Source: Capsulimonadales bacterium
Lineage (GTDB): Bacteria > Armatimonadota > Armatimonadia > Armatimonadales > Armatimonadaceae
Assembly (NCBI GenBank): GCA_033762295.1
Contig: JANRLW010000002.1
Span: 1-48,392, forward strand
Direction: 5' to 3'
DNA length: 48,392 bases
The notes under the pieces were generated by a model. It did no database searches. It had not been told where the DNA came from and was given only the letters and a program-made list of their open reading frames with translations. Position 1 is the stretch's first letter, and every line of letters begins with the position of its first letter. The position numbers were made by a program, and so were the translations under genes. Shown one piece after another: positions 37,134-46,748 of this stretch.

Positions 37134-37634
37134 ATGCCGCTGAAAATTGGTACCCCCTTACCTGCACTGACGGATGTTTCTCGATGGTGGAATGTCAATG
37201 GGGAGTTTTCGACCCCTCCCGGTCCGATTCTCGTCCATTTCTGGGCGATGTCCTGCCCCGTGTGCAAAATGAACCTTCCGGTTTTGAACGAGTACCGAGA
37301 CCGTTATGGTCCCCTCGGTCTATCGTTTATTTCCGTTCATATGCCACGGGGACCATTCGACCTCGATACGGGAGAGTTGGAAGAGGCCCTTTGTACTTTG
37401 CAAATGACCGAACCCTGCGCTGCGGATAATCGGCATGTTCTGGGTCAACGATTCGATACCGAAGGAATGTGGCCGGTTTATTACCTTTTTGATCATGATA
37501 GTCGGTTGAAACGTTATGCCGCAGGGACAATCGGCGTTCGATTGCTGGCTCCCGTACTGGAAAGACTCTTTAGCCGAGGGATTTGTCAGGAGTTTCTGTC
37601 GCTCTTTCCCGGTCTCTTCCGCAACCTGTTGTGA
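37134..37634 (+). CDS. YkuV/TlpA-like thioredoxin-fold oxidoreductase
   Basis: HFWAMSCPVCK CxxC, SVHMPR, WPVYYLFD; GGAG RBS. Confidence 0.85.
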   Translation: MPLKIGTPLPALTDVSRWWNVNGEFSTPPGPILVHFWAMSCPVCKMNLPVLNEYRDRYGPLGLSFISVHMPRGPFDLDTGELEEALCTLQMTEPCAADNRHVLGQRFDTEGMWPVYYLFDHDSRLKRYAAGTIGVRLLAPVLERLFSRGICQEFLSLFPGLFRNLL

Positions 37635-37735
37635 ATCCTTTCGACGAATCTGACACTGATGAATCGTCCGTAGTGATGGAAGCGAACAGAGAGGCAACCT
37701 CTGTAGTACTAAAATGTAAACAATAACGGACTGAC

Positions 37736-39667
37736 TTATTGGTCCCAGCCCATTTTGCCGTTGATGCTGATGCTGTAGGTCAACTGGCGGTCGTTCAGCA
37801 TCGAGTAGACGGCCCAGATCAGTTCGGCGGTGAACTCCCCGGTCACCAGACCGATGGCGAGTTCGCGCAGTTTCAAGGTTCCTTTCAGGCCGTAATACCG
37901 CTGAACGAAAAATTTGATGATCAGGACGATCAGCAGGCCGAACCAGTAGTAGTCGACGCCGAAGTTCATCGCCAGAGCGTACCCCGCCGGATGCAGCCAG
38001 AACCCGGGTACCCGGAACCGGATGAAGTCGAGGAGCAGGACGACACCGAACCCGAGGGCGACTGCCAGCATGGCGAACGGGTTGGGCGCGCGCGGCGTTC
38101 CCTGAATCTGGGAAATGATCCCCGAAACCTCGCCCGCGACCCACGGGTTGGGCGTCCACCGGTAGCCCAGGTAGATATGGGTCAGACAACCGCAGACCGT
38201 ACCGAAAATGATGGCGATAATCAACGCCCCGAAGATCACTCCCTGAGACATCCCGACCCGGTCCGCCAGGTACTGCGCCTCCAGCAGGGTCGGCTGCGGG
38301 TGCGTCCGGTGCAGTCGGTTCATGATATGGAACGTCGTCATCGTCCGCGCCACCAGCGCCTGATTCAGTCCCGCGGTCCCGTTGAAATCGATCACCATCT
38401 GGTGCGGCCCCATAAAAGCCATCTCGTGGGTCGGCGCGCCGAGCTGAGCGCGAAGGCGGGTCACCGCGATCGAGAAGATCAGGTAGAGGCCGATATAGAA
38501 CAGAACCCATTCGAACGGCAGGCCGATCAGCAGACCGAACATCCCCAGACCGAACAGGCAAAACGCCAGAAGGAGGGCGACGAAACGGTACGAGAGGCCG
38601 TTGGGGCGTAGGTCGTCCGTCCGGTTCAGGAAGATGGCGTCGCCGATCTTTTTCCAGTGCGGGCGGGCGAGCCACATACCGGAGAGAAAGAGAGCGGCGA
38701 ACGCGCCCCAGCTCTGCTCGCTGAAGTAGGGCGGTGACGGGAAGAGACCGCCGCCGCCGAAGACGCCCTGCTCGTTGCCGAGGATATAGGCGAAGATCTG
38801 GGTGATTTTGCGGACGAAGAAAAAGAAGAGCAGCGAGAAGAGCAGATCGGTCGGCATGAAGAAGCCGAGAGCGCTCATATAGGGGAAGATGCCGATCGGG
38901 GTCCATCCGGTCTGGTTCATCGGCGGCGACGTGAAATACCGGTTCAGGTCGTCCAGAAATCGGATTTTCAGCGTCGGTATCTGCGGATAAAGAATGCTGA
39001 ATCCGTTGATCATGTCGATCGTGAAGACCAGGACGAAGGCGGTCCACAGAAGTCGGCTTTTCCAGACGCTGTTCGGGCCGCCCGCGTCGGCGATGGCGAG
39101 CGGAATCTGGACGATCGGGAAGGACAGCTTTTCCTGGTAGATCCACTGCTCCCGCAGCAGGGCGTTGATGCAGAGCATCGCCGTCGAGAGGAGGGTGATG
39201 AACGCGGTCCAGGCTCCGATTTTAGGCCACCAGAGCGGAAGCTGCGAGAGGAAGAAAGCGAACGATTTTCCGCCGTCGCGGAAATCCTTGAGGGCAGCCG
39301 GGTCCTTCAGAAAGAGCAGGTCCGAGAGAACCGGCAGCAAACGCTCCCGGTACTGGGCGTTCGTTTCCGAGTACGCGCCGAATCCGTAGATCTGGGGAGC
39401 GAACATATCCATCCATTCGCCGGACATCGCGCAGGCGACGGCGAGCATGGCGTAGAGGATGATGATCTCCGCTCCGGACAGAGCGATACGCGGCAGGACG
39501 CGCCGAAACGGGATGTTCAGCACAGCAACAACCATGGTCAGGGCGACCGGCGGAACCATGAGCGAGAAGATACGGTCGATCCCCTGATCCTGCGACCAGA
39601 AACAACAGAACGGCGTCAGCAGAATGCCAAGAAGAAGGGGCCGCAACACGCGGAACCACGAATTCAT
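37736..39667 (-). CDS. DUF6785/DUF6784 (OPT-like) polytopic membrane protein, second paralog
   Basis: Start MNSWFRVLRP; EQWIYQEKLSFP, RLRAQLGAPTH, FWLHPAGY, GLVTGE. The tracked 991-aa ORF includes a spurious extension antisense to 39776-41110. Confidence 0.8.
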   Translation of the reverse strand: MNSWFRVLRPLLLGILLTPFCCFWSQDQGIDRIFSLMVPPVALTMVVAVLNIPFRRVLPRIALSGAEIIILYAMLAVACAMSGEWMDMFAPQIYGFGAYSETNAQYRERLLPVLSDLLFLKDPAALKDFRDGGKSFAFFLSQLPLWWPKIGAWTAFITLLSTAMLCINALLREQWIYQEKLSFPIVQIPLAIADAGGPNSVWKSRLLWTAFVLVFTIDMINGFSILYPQIPTLKIRFLDDLNRYFTSPPMNQTGWTPIGIFPYMSALGFFMPTDLLFSLLFFFFVRKITQIFAYILGNEQGVFGGGGLFPSPPYFSEQSWGAFAALFLSGMWLARPHWKKIGDAIFLNRTDDLRPNGLSYRFVALLLAFCLFGLGMFGLLIGLPFEWVLFYIGLYLIFSIAVTRLRAQLGAPTHEMAFMGPHQMVIDFNGTAGLNQALVARTMTTFHIMNRLHRTHPQPTLLEAQYLADRVGMSQGVIFGALIIAIIFGTVCGCLTHIYLGYRWTPNPWVAGEVSGIISQIQGTPRAPNPFAMLAVALGFGVVLLLDFIRFRVPGFWLHPAGYALAMNFGVDYYWFGLLIVLIIKFFVQRYYGLKGTLKLRELAIGLVTGEFTAELIWAVYSMLNDRQLTYSISINGKMGWDQ

Positions 39668-39775
39668 ACTGGACAGGTTCGTTCCGGCGGCACGGCGTTC
39701 CTTCCGGGGAAGGGTTTTCGGTCCGCCGGGGGGAACGTAACGCCAAATCCCGAACCCGAATGAAGGATGCAAGCA

Positions 39776-41110
39776 ATGTCTCCGAACCGTCGACAATTCC
39801 TGGGGATGTGTGCCGCCCTCGGTCTGCCCGCCCTGCTCCCGGACGAGGTCCGCGCCGACCTGGCCGGTTACGTCGGCAAGCCCGATCCCTCCTTCGCCTG
39901 GAAACTCGTCACCAAAGAGGAGCGGGGAAGCGGCACGGTGCATCGTCTCCGGCTGACCTCCCAGACCTGGCAGGGGATCGTCTGGGAGCATGACCTCAGT
40001 CTCTATCTGGCCGAAGGAACCACGTTGCCGCAGACGATCGCGCTGTACAACACGGGGGGCGGCGCGAACGCGACCAACGACCTGATGGGAATGGACCTGG
40101 CGCGCCGGTCGAAAGTGCCGATCGCCTTTCTCTACCATGTTCCCAACCAGCCGCTGTTCGAGGGCAAGAAGGAGGATGCGCTCATCGCCGAGACGTTCCT
40201 TCGCTACCTGAAGACCGGCGACGACACCTGGCCCCTGCTGTTCCCGATGGTGAAAAGCGTCGTCCGGGCGATGGACGCGTTGCAGGCGTACGGTCGGCAG
40301 GAGATGAAATCCTCGGTCGAACGTTTCGTCGTGTCCGGGGCGTCCAAGCGCGGCTGGACCTCCTGGCTGACGGCGGCGAGCGGCGACCGGCGCGTGAAGG
40401 CGATCGCTCCGATGGTGATCGATACCCTGAACATGCCGGCCCAGATCAAGCATCAGCGGGAAGCGTTCGGAACGACCAGCGAACAGATCAGGGACTACTC
40501 CGAAACCGGCCTGACCGAGGCTTTCGCCACCGAGACCGGCCGTAAACTGATGCGGATGGTCGATCCGTTCGCCTATCGCGGTCAGTTGACCCTGCCGAAG
40601 ATGCTGATCCACGGCGCGAACGACCCCTACTGGACGGCGGACGCCATCCGGCTCTACTGGGACGAACTGAAGGGTGATAAGTGGGTCTGTTACGTTCCCA
40701 ATGCCGGTCATAACCTGATCGAGCGGACGCCCGGCAAGGACCCGAGTCCGGAACGCGCTCTGAGCGCCCTGGCTGCCTTCATCCGCAGTCAGGCCGGAGG
40801 CAGCCCGCTGCCGCGCCTGTCCGTGAAGGAGACCGAGGCGAAGGGCGAACCGTACCGACTGGAGGTCCGAACCGACCGAAAACCGGAGGCGGTGCGGCTC
40901 TGGGTCGTCCGCTCGGAGACGCAGGACTTCCGGCCGAAAACCTGGGAGGAGATGGTCGGCGCAGTGACCTCGCCCGAGGAGCGGACCCGCGTGTTTACGG
41001 TGGAACGACCGGCATCCGGATACCTGGCCTGCTTCGCCGAACTCAGTTTTTCGCTGGACGGCGCGACGTCGCCGCTTTGCACGTTACCCAAGGTGCTCGC
41101 CGGAGCGTAG
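39776..41110 (+). CDS. Tat-exported PhoPQ-activated pathogenicity-related (PqaA-like) alpha/beta hydrolase
   Basis: NRRQFL Tat motif; LTSQTWQG, VPNQPL, WPLLFPMVK, GASKRGWTSW, GANDPYW, VPNAGH. Confidence 0.88.
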   Translation: MSPNRRQFLGMCAALGLPALLPDEVRADLAGYVGKPDPSFAWKLVTKEERGSGTVHRLRLTSQTWQGIVWEHDLSLYLAEGTTLPQTIALYNTGGGANATNDLMGMDLARRSKVPIAFLYHVPNQPLFEGKKEDALIAETFLRYLKTGDDTWPLLFPMVKSVVRAMDALQAYGRQEMKSSVERFVVSGASKRGWTSWLTAASGDRRVKAIAPMVIDTLNMPAQIKHQREAFGTTSEQIRDYSETGLTEAFATETGRKLMRMVDPFAYRGQLTLPKMLIHGANDPYWTADAIRLYWDELKGDKWVCYVPNAGHNLIERTPGKDPSPERALSALAAFIRSQAGGSPLPRLSVKETEAKGEPYRLEVRTDRKPEAVRLWVVRSETQDFRPKTWEEMVGAVTSPEERTRVFTVERPASGYLACFAELSFSLDGATSPLCTLPKVLAGA

Positions 41111-41118
41111 GAAAAAGT

Positions 41119-41151
41119 AAAAAGCGGTCCGGGGGATTTCCCCCGGACCGC
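41119..41151 (-). terminator. Intrinsic terminator between convergent genes
   Basis: 12-bp stem GCGGTCCGGGGG/CCCCCGGACCGC; T-run on minus strand. Confidence 0.8.
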
Positions 41152-41176
41152 CCGGTACTCGAATCTGCGAATCGGA

Positions 41177-42091
41177 TCAGTTGGTACGGTTCCCGTTCGG
41201 CCACTCGATTCGTGGATGAACGATCGGGATGACGCCGGGAACGCCCGGTCTGCCGCCCGGCAGACGGACGATCGGCTGCGGCGGACGGGGGGTGATCGGC
41301 GCACCGGGCTGGTACCGACGGAACGGTATCCCCTGAGGGGGATTACAGTCGGGGCGGCCCGGACGACCGTACGTCGTGATCCGAATGTTATCCGACGTCG
41401 TGTAGGTCGTCGTCTCACCGCCGGGCAGCGCCGGAGGATAGACCACCGTGTAGCCCGGAACGACGTAGACCGGCGGGACGTACGGCTCGAAATAACCCGG
41501 ATTTCGAACCTGCGCCTCGTAGGCGGCGATTTCGCCGGGCGCCCAGTTCTCCCGGGCCGGCGGCGGATTCGGCGGCAGTTCGTAGGTCACGTTGCTGTCC
41601 CGATCGGTCCGTGAACGGCGGGTCGTGCGTACCGTCCGCGGCTTCGGCGGCGGAGCCGTCTCCACAACCGCCGATCTCTCGTCGGACTCGTTCGTCGTCT
41701 CCCGCGCGGCCATAAACCGTTCCATCAGGGTATCGGACGAATGCTTCCGCCAGTCGAGACGGATACCGCGTTCCCGAAGACGCGCGGCAAGGATCACCCG
41801 CTGCCGCAGGTCCTCGTCGTCGCCGGCCGCCACCAGGTCGGTCTGGGTCCTCTTCAGTTCGGCGAGGGACGCCTTTCTCCAGTCCAGGGTCAGGCCGAGT
41901 TGTCGAAGCGTGTTCGCCGCCTGTTGTCGGGCCGCCGTGTCCTCCGCCCGATCCGCCTCTCCGTCGATCGCGATATGGATTGTCTCCGCCGGGGCCGGTT
42001 CTTCCTGGGCCCGGGCCATGCTGACCGGCGCGCACGACAACGCCAGGGTCAGCAAACTCACTCCCGGGGAAAAACGATGAAATGAAAACAT
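41177..42091 (-). CDS. Secreted hypothetical protein with duplicated LDWRK motif and Pro-rich tail
   Basis: AAGGAGG RBS, signal peptide (ARA|Q), two A..LR..G..LDWRK.S...L units. Confidence 0.75.
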   Translation of the reverse strand: MFSFHRFSPGVSLLTLALSCAPVSMARAQEEPAPAETIHIAIDGEADRAEDTAARQQAANTLRQLGLTLDWRKASLAELKRTQTDLVAAGDDEDLRQRVILAARLRERGIRLDWRKHSSDTLMERFMAARETTNESDERSAVVETAPPPKPRTVRTTRRSRTDRDSNVTYELPPNPPPARENWAPGEIAAYEAQVRNPGYFEPYVPPVYVVPGYTVVYPPALPGGETTTYTTSDNIRITTYGRPGRPDCNPPQGIPFRRYQPGAPITPRPPQPIVRLPGGRPGVPGVIPIVHPRIEWPNGNRTN

Positions 42092-42449
42092 TCGAACCTC
42101 CTTCCGCTCTGTCCGAACGGACTCCACCCATTCCTTATTACGGCGGTTCCTTTTCCATCGTTCACGGAAAATCGTGAACTCTTCCGGTACAAATGCGGTA
42201 TGGGAAGAGGGTTTCCCGAAAGGGGCGACATCCCCGCCGTCGATCCGGCGTTTTGACCCCGCATTTACCGGGGACCTTCGGAAAGGCGATAGAGCCTCCG
42301 GAGAGGGAGCGAGTCACGCCCGCCATCACGGCGCAGAATTTTCCATGGAACCTCCATCCTCGCTCACGCCTCGTATAGAGAATTGGAGTATAATGGCAGT
42401 AATCCTTAAAGCGGTAGGGCCCGCCGCCGACAGGGGCCAGGACAACACG

Positions 42450-44345
42450 TTGCCGATCCTTGAAAACCCCGTCATCGTTCGTGATAATCCGGAGCGGAAC
42501 GAACCCTCCGGCCGGGACAGCGGAACCGCGATGTCCCGTGACCAGTCGCGCGGAGGACGTCCCGCGTTGACCTCCAACCAGCAGAAGATCACCGACAATC
42601 TGGGACAACTCCTCGATGTTCTCCCGCCCGCACTCCGCGTCTGCCTCGATCGAGAGGAGCGGTTGGAGGACCTGCAGGAGATCGTTCTGGACCTTGGCCG
42701 CCCCGCCGAGGCCCGACTGCCCGGTCGCGTGGTCGAACTCGCTCCGGAAGCCGACCGTAACCGCGAAATCATTGTCGGTCAATCCCTGCCGATCGTGCCG
42801 ATCGGACCGGTGCCCGGCGAGGTCACGCAGGAGGATATCGATTACGTCACCTCCCGGATCGGCGACTTCGGTCAGGATAACCGCGCGGGGATCGAGCGGA
42901 CGCTCCACCGCATCTCCGCGATCCGGAACCGGCGCGGTCGGATCGTCGGACTGACCTGCCGTATCGGGCGCGCGGTCTACGGAACCGTCGATATCATTCG
43001 CGACATCGTCGAACAGGGCAAGTCCATCCTGATGCTCGGGCGACCCGGCGTCGGCAAAACCACGAAACTGCGTGAGATGGCCCGCATTCTGTCCGATGAG
43101 TTCAAGAAGCGGGTGGTTATCGTCGATACGTCCAATGAAATCGCGGGGGACGGAGATATTCCGCACCCGGCGATCGGACGCTCGCGCCGGATGCAGGTCC
43201 GCGTTCCCGAGGAACAGCACGCGGTGATGATCGAGGCGGTGGAAAACCACATGCCGCAGGTGATCGTCATCGATGAAATCGGGACCGAACAGGAGGCGTT
43301 CGCGGCCCGCACCATTGCCGAACGCGGCGTCCAACTGATCGGAACCGCGCACGGAAACTCGCTCGAAAACCTCCTCCTCAACCCGACGTTGTCGGACCTG
43401 GTCGGAGGGATTCAATCGGTGACCCTCGGAGACGAGGAGGCGAAGCGGCGCGGCACTCAGAAGACCGTGCTGGAGCGAAAAGCCCCGCCGACGTTCGATG
43501 TCATCATCGAGATTCTCGAAGTCGACAAGCTGGCCATTCACCATGATGTCGCACGCGTCGTCGACAAGCTGTTGCGCGGGCAGCAGCCGCGCCCGGAGAT
43601 TCGCGTCCGGATGTCGTCGGGCGAAGTGGAAGTGATGCAGCGGGCGGAAATCCCGCCGGATCGTCCCGGCGAGCGCAGCGGCGGCACCTACGGAATGTCC
43701 TTCGATCCGGTCGAACCGACGCAGCGGGGGTACGGCGGAGGACGTGGCGACTTCGGTATACGTACCGACAGCGGCCGTCGCGGAGAGCGCGGCGAGCGCG
43801 GAGAGAGCGAACGGATCGAATCACGGATCGAGGGCGGGCAGGAGTCCGGCGGAATGGAACCGCCGGCCAAACGCAACCTGCCGGCGACCGTGCGTATCTT
43901 TCCGTACGGCGTCTCTCGTTCCCGTCTGGAACGCGCGATCGCCAACCTGCGGGTACCCGCCTACATCTCCAAGGATCTGCAGGAATCCGATGTCGTGATC
44001 GCCCTGAAGGCCACCTTCCGACGCGACCCCGGCAAACTGCAGGAGGCCCGGAACCGGTCGATCGGGGCGTATGTCGTCAAGAGCAATACGTACATTCAGA
44101 TCGAAAATGTCGTCCGCGAGGTGTTCGGGATCGAGGGACAGGCCATGCCGACCGATGAGGAAGCGGCCATTATGGAGGCGGAAGAGGCGATCGAGTCCGT
44201 CATCGCGACCGGCGAGTCGATCGAACTGACTCCGCAGAACTCGTTCGTTCGCCGTCTGCAGCATCAGATGGTCGAGTCGGCGAACCTGCTTTCCGAATCG
44301 GTCGGAGTCGAGCCGAAACGCCGAATCCGGGTGTCTCGCCGGTAA
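42450..44345 (+). CDS. Ycf45/SpoIIIAA-like AAA ATPase with C-terminal R3H domain (start uncertain: 42393/42450/42531)
   Basis: [61 protein letters not shown]3H motif. Confidence 0.9.
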   Translation: MPILENPVIVRDNPERNEPSGRDSGTAMSRDQSRGGRPALTSNQQKITDNLGQLLDVLPPALRVCLDREERLEDLQEIVLDLGRPAEARLPGRVVELAPEADRNREIIVGQSLPIVPIGPVPGEVTQEDIDYVTSRIGDFGQDNRAGIERTLHRISAIRNRRGRIVGLTCRIGRAVYGTVDIIRDIVEQGKSILMLGRPGVGKTTKLREMARILSDEFKKRVVIVDTSNEIAGDGDIPHPAIGRSRRMQVRVPEEQHAVMIEAVENHMPQVIVIDEIGTEQEAFAARTIAERGVQLIGTAHGNSLENLLLNPTLSDLVGGIQSVTLGDEEAKRRGTQKTVLERKAPPTFDVIIEILEVDKLAIHHDVARVVDKLLRGQQPRPEIRVRMSSGEVEVMQRAEIPPDRPGERSGGTYGMSFDPVEPTQRGYGGGRGDFGIRTDSGRRGERGERGESERIESRIEGGQESGGMEPPAKRNLPATVRIFPYGVSRSRLERAIANLRVPAYISKDLQESDVVIALKATFRRDPGKLQEARNRSIGAYVVKSNTYIQIENVVREVFGIEGQAMPTDEEAAIMEAEEAIESVIATGESIELTPQNSFVRRLQHQMVESANLLSESVGVEPKRRIRVSRR

Positions 44346-44464
44346 AAATGTACTGAAATATTTCATCCGAACGAACGAGTTCCGGATTATAATGAAGGAC
44401 GGCTGCCGAGCAGGGCGGTCGTCCTTCGCTATTTGGGAATTGCGTCCGGCAATCTGAGGGGGAT

Positions 44465-45307
44465 ATGAGACGGACCCGGCGTATCGTAACGGGCATTCTT
44501 GCGGTAATGCTGGCGATCAGCGGCGAAACGTTCGTCGGGGCGAACTCAAAGGACTCGACGGATGCGGTCCTGCGCCGGGTCCATCGCCTCATTTTGCTCA
44601 CCAACCGTCAGCGGGCCGCGCACGGTCTGGCTCCGTTGAAACGGCAGGAGAATCTGGTGCGGGCGGCGTTCGCCCATGCCCGGGATATGGCGGCGTTCGG
44701 ATACTTCGCCCATTCGACACCGCAGGCCGCCCGAGGAACCGAGGATTACGAAGAGTATGCGCGACGTCATCGGTACCCGGGACGGGCGGGACAGAATCTG
44801 TACCGTGGCGAGGTCGGGGCGGAGCGGATCGTCGACGCCTGGATGACAAGCCCGGACCATCGCCGAAACCTCCTCGACCCGCGCTACTGTGAGATCGGCG
44901 TCGGGTTCGCCCGCAACCGGGAGGATGGCACGACCTACTGCGTTCAGTTTCTCGGTGTCCGCCCGGATTATTACGGTATCGTCATCGAAAACGAAGCCTA
45001 TCGGGTGACCGGGAGGAACGTCCGTCTGTTCCTGTACGGGAACGATCGGATGACCCGGATGCGTTTTTCCAACGATGGTGAAACCTTTTCGGACTGGGAA
45101 CCGTTCCGCAGCGAACGGGATTGGAGGATCGGGGCGGCGGAGGGCGCACACAAGGTCGTGGCGGAGTTCTCGGATACCGAGCGAATCTATCGTTGCAGTG
45201 ACTCCATCGTTCTCCTGCAACCTCACGATAGTTCCGGCGGCGTCCGCCACGTGACGGAAGCCCGCCCTTTGCCGATGAGAGCGATCAGTGGCAACGCTCC
45301 TCCATAA
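44465..45307 (+). CDS. Secreted CAP (SCP) domain protein
   Basis: LTNRQRAAHGLAPL, HARDMA..GYFAH, WMTSPDHRRNLL, EIGVG; C-terminal MRFSNDG..FSDWEPF beta module. Confidence 0.88.
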   Translation: MRRTRRIVTGILAVMLAISGETFVGANSKDSTDAVLRRVHRLILLTNRQRAAHGLAPLKRQENLVRAAFAHARDMAAFGYFAHSTPQAARGTEDYEEYARRHRYPGRAGQNLYRGEVGAERIVDAWMTSPDHRRNLLDPRYCEIGVGFARNREDGTTYCVQFLGVRPDYYGIVIENEAYRVTGRNVRLFLYGNDRMTRMRFSNDGETFSDWEPFRSERDWRIGAAEGAHKVVAEFSDTERIYRCSDSIVLLQPHDSSGGVRHVTEARPLPMRAISGNAPP

Positions 45308-45713
45308 TCGCGCGACAGCGGCGAGCCAGAATTTTCAGTTGTTTCCGTGCTCGCATCGGAAAACGGACTTTTCGACGGCTGAGCCCTCGAAAGACGGTGC
45401 GTACTGGCATGGTTCCCCCTGGATTCGAAACTCCATCCTTAACGGACAAACAGTCGATTGACGATTAATGCCACCTGTTGTTCCCTGTATACCGGTGATG
45501 ATCGGCCATTGAGCGATTTTTAAGTACGGTGAAATATTAGACAGGTGCCTGAGCGAGCGGGCGATCGGACGGACGAATCACCCGGAAGACGGAAGCAGGC
45601 ATATTTCGTGCCGTATCTCCATTGTCGGACGGAAGAGTGACAAAGACGACAGGAAAAAGAGACGGTTGCCTGACGGGAAGACGGATTTTCAACGGACAAG
45701 CGAAAAAAAACAA

Positions 45714-46139
45714 ATGCGAACGCTTCTTCTGCGGATCGGTCATTTATGGTCGCTGCCCAATACGCTGATCGGGCTGACCTTCGGCGTCGGGGGGGAATAC
45801 GGTATCGATCGTCGGAACCGGGTCGTACGGGTGCGCGGCGGCTGGATGGTTTCTATCTTCCGTAGACTGGGCTACATCGGGATGTGTGTCGGGGATGTCG
45901 TCCTCTACGCGGGCGATCTTCCCACGGACTATCCGGCGGTCTACCGCCATGAACTGGTTCATGCGGTCCAGGGCCGGATTTTCGGCCCGTTCTATCTGCC
46001 TCTGACCCTGGCCGGTTACCTCCTCGGCTTCTTGCTGGCTCCGCGAGAGGCGCACGATGCCAGCCCGCTCGAGATCTGGGCGGATCTGGCGTCGGGGAAC
46101 GGGCATCGCAACCGGTACCTGCGGCGATTCCGAAGGTGA
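45714..46139 (+). CDS. Small membrane-associated HExxH protein
   Basis: LWSLPNTLIG, VGDVVL, RHELVH..Q...GPFYLP, PLEIWAD. Confidence 0.72.
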   Translation: MRTLLLRIGHLWSLPNTLIGLTFGVGGEYGIDRRNRVVRVRGGWMVSIFRRLGYIGMCVGDVVLYAGDLPTDYPAVYRHELVHAVQGRIFGPFYLPLTLAGYLLGFLLAPREAHDASPLEIWADLASGNGHRNRYLRRFRR

Positions 46140-46236
46140 CCGGGTCCGAAGAACGCAGGATCGGAAGGAACCCGGCAGCCACGGTCTCCGACCTGTGGGA
46201 AACAGGACTTATCTCACACGTTCAGGACACACTGCC

Positions 46237-46557
46237 ATGACCCTGCCGGATACCCGGACAACATCGCGGGGGACCGCTCCGCTCCATCCGACGACCGCTA
46301 TCGGCGGAGACGAGATTACGATCCGGATCACCTTCACCGACGGAAGCGAAATCGCCCTGAAAAGCGTCGTGCAACTCGGGGAGGAGTTCACCACGGCCTC
46401 GCGTATGAACGAACTGATCAACGCCAACCTGCTCGCGTTCGATGTCGATGGGCATACGATGCTCTTTCCCGTCAGTTCCATCCGCTTCATCGAAATCTCC
46501 CCCGCGCTTAAAATTCCGAATCTGCTGATTCACTCCGCGTTTACCCTGGTTCGGTAG
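46237..46557 (+). CDS. Hypothetical protein
   Basis: CAGGA upstream; IRITFTDGS...DGHTMLFPVSSIRFIEISP globular-looking sequence. Confidence 0.7.
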   Translation: MTLPDTRTTSRGTAPLHPTTAIGGDEITIRITFTDGSEIALKSVVQLGEEFTTASRMNELINANLLAFDVDGHTMLFPVSSIRFIEISPALKIPNLLIHSAFTLVR

Positions 46558-46748
46558 ACATCAGTTTCCTTCACGGGCGCGGAGTACGCAGGATTTGACA
46601 TCGACTCCGTAGAATAGGCGAAAGTATGGAAGGTCCGGCTTCCTGAGCTGCCGCCCGTTTGACCGTTTTGGACACCGCTTCCCCGACGGTCAGGTAAACG
46701 CCGGGGGAAGGTGCGCTCATCGGTTTCGGACGGGAAAAGGAAGTGAGG

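Noticed and set aside
39668..40711. Apparent 991-aa fusion ORF 37736-40711
   Set aside because: The extension is antisense to the PqaA-like gene; similarity to the paralog starts at 39667.
44394..44427. Hairpin after the AAA/R3H gene as a terminator
   Set aside because: No adjacent U-tract, and it directly follows a TATAAT box; role ambiguous.
45308..45713. 400-bp intergenic region as ncRNA or CRISPR
   Set aside because: No regularly spaced repeats or recognisable RNA motif by eye.
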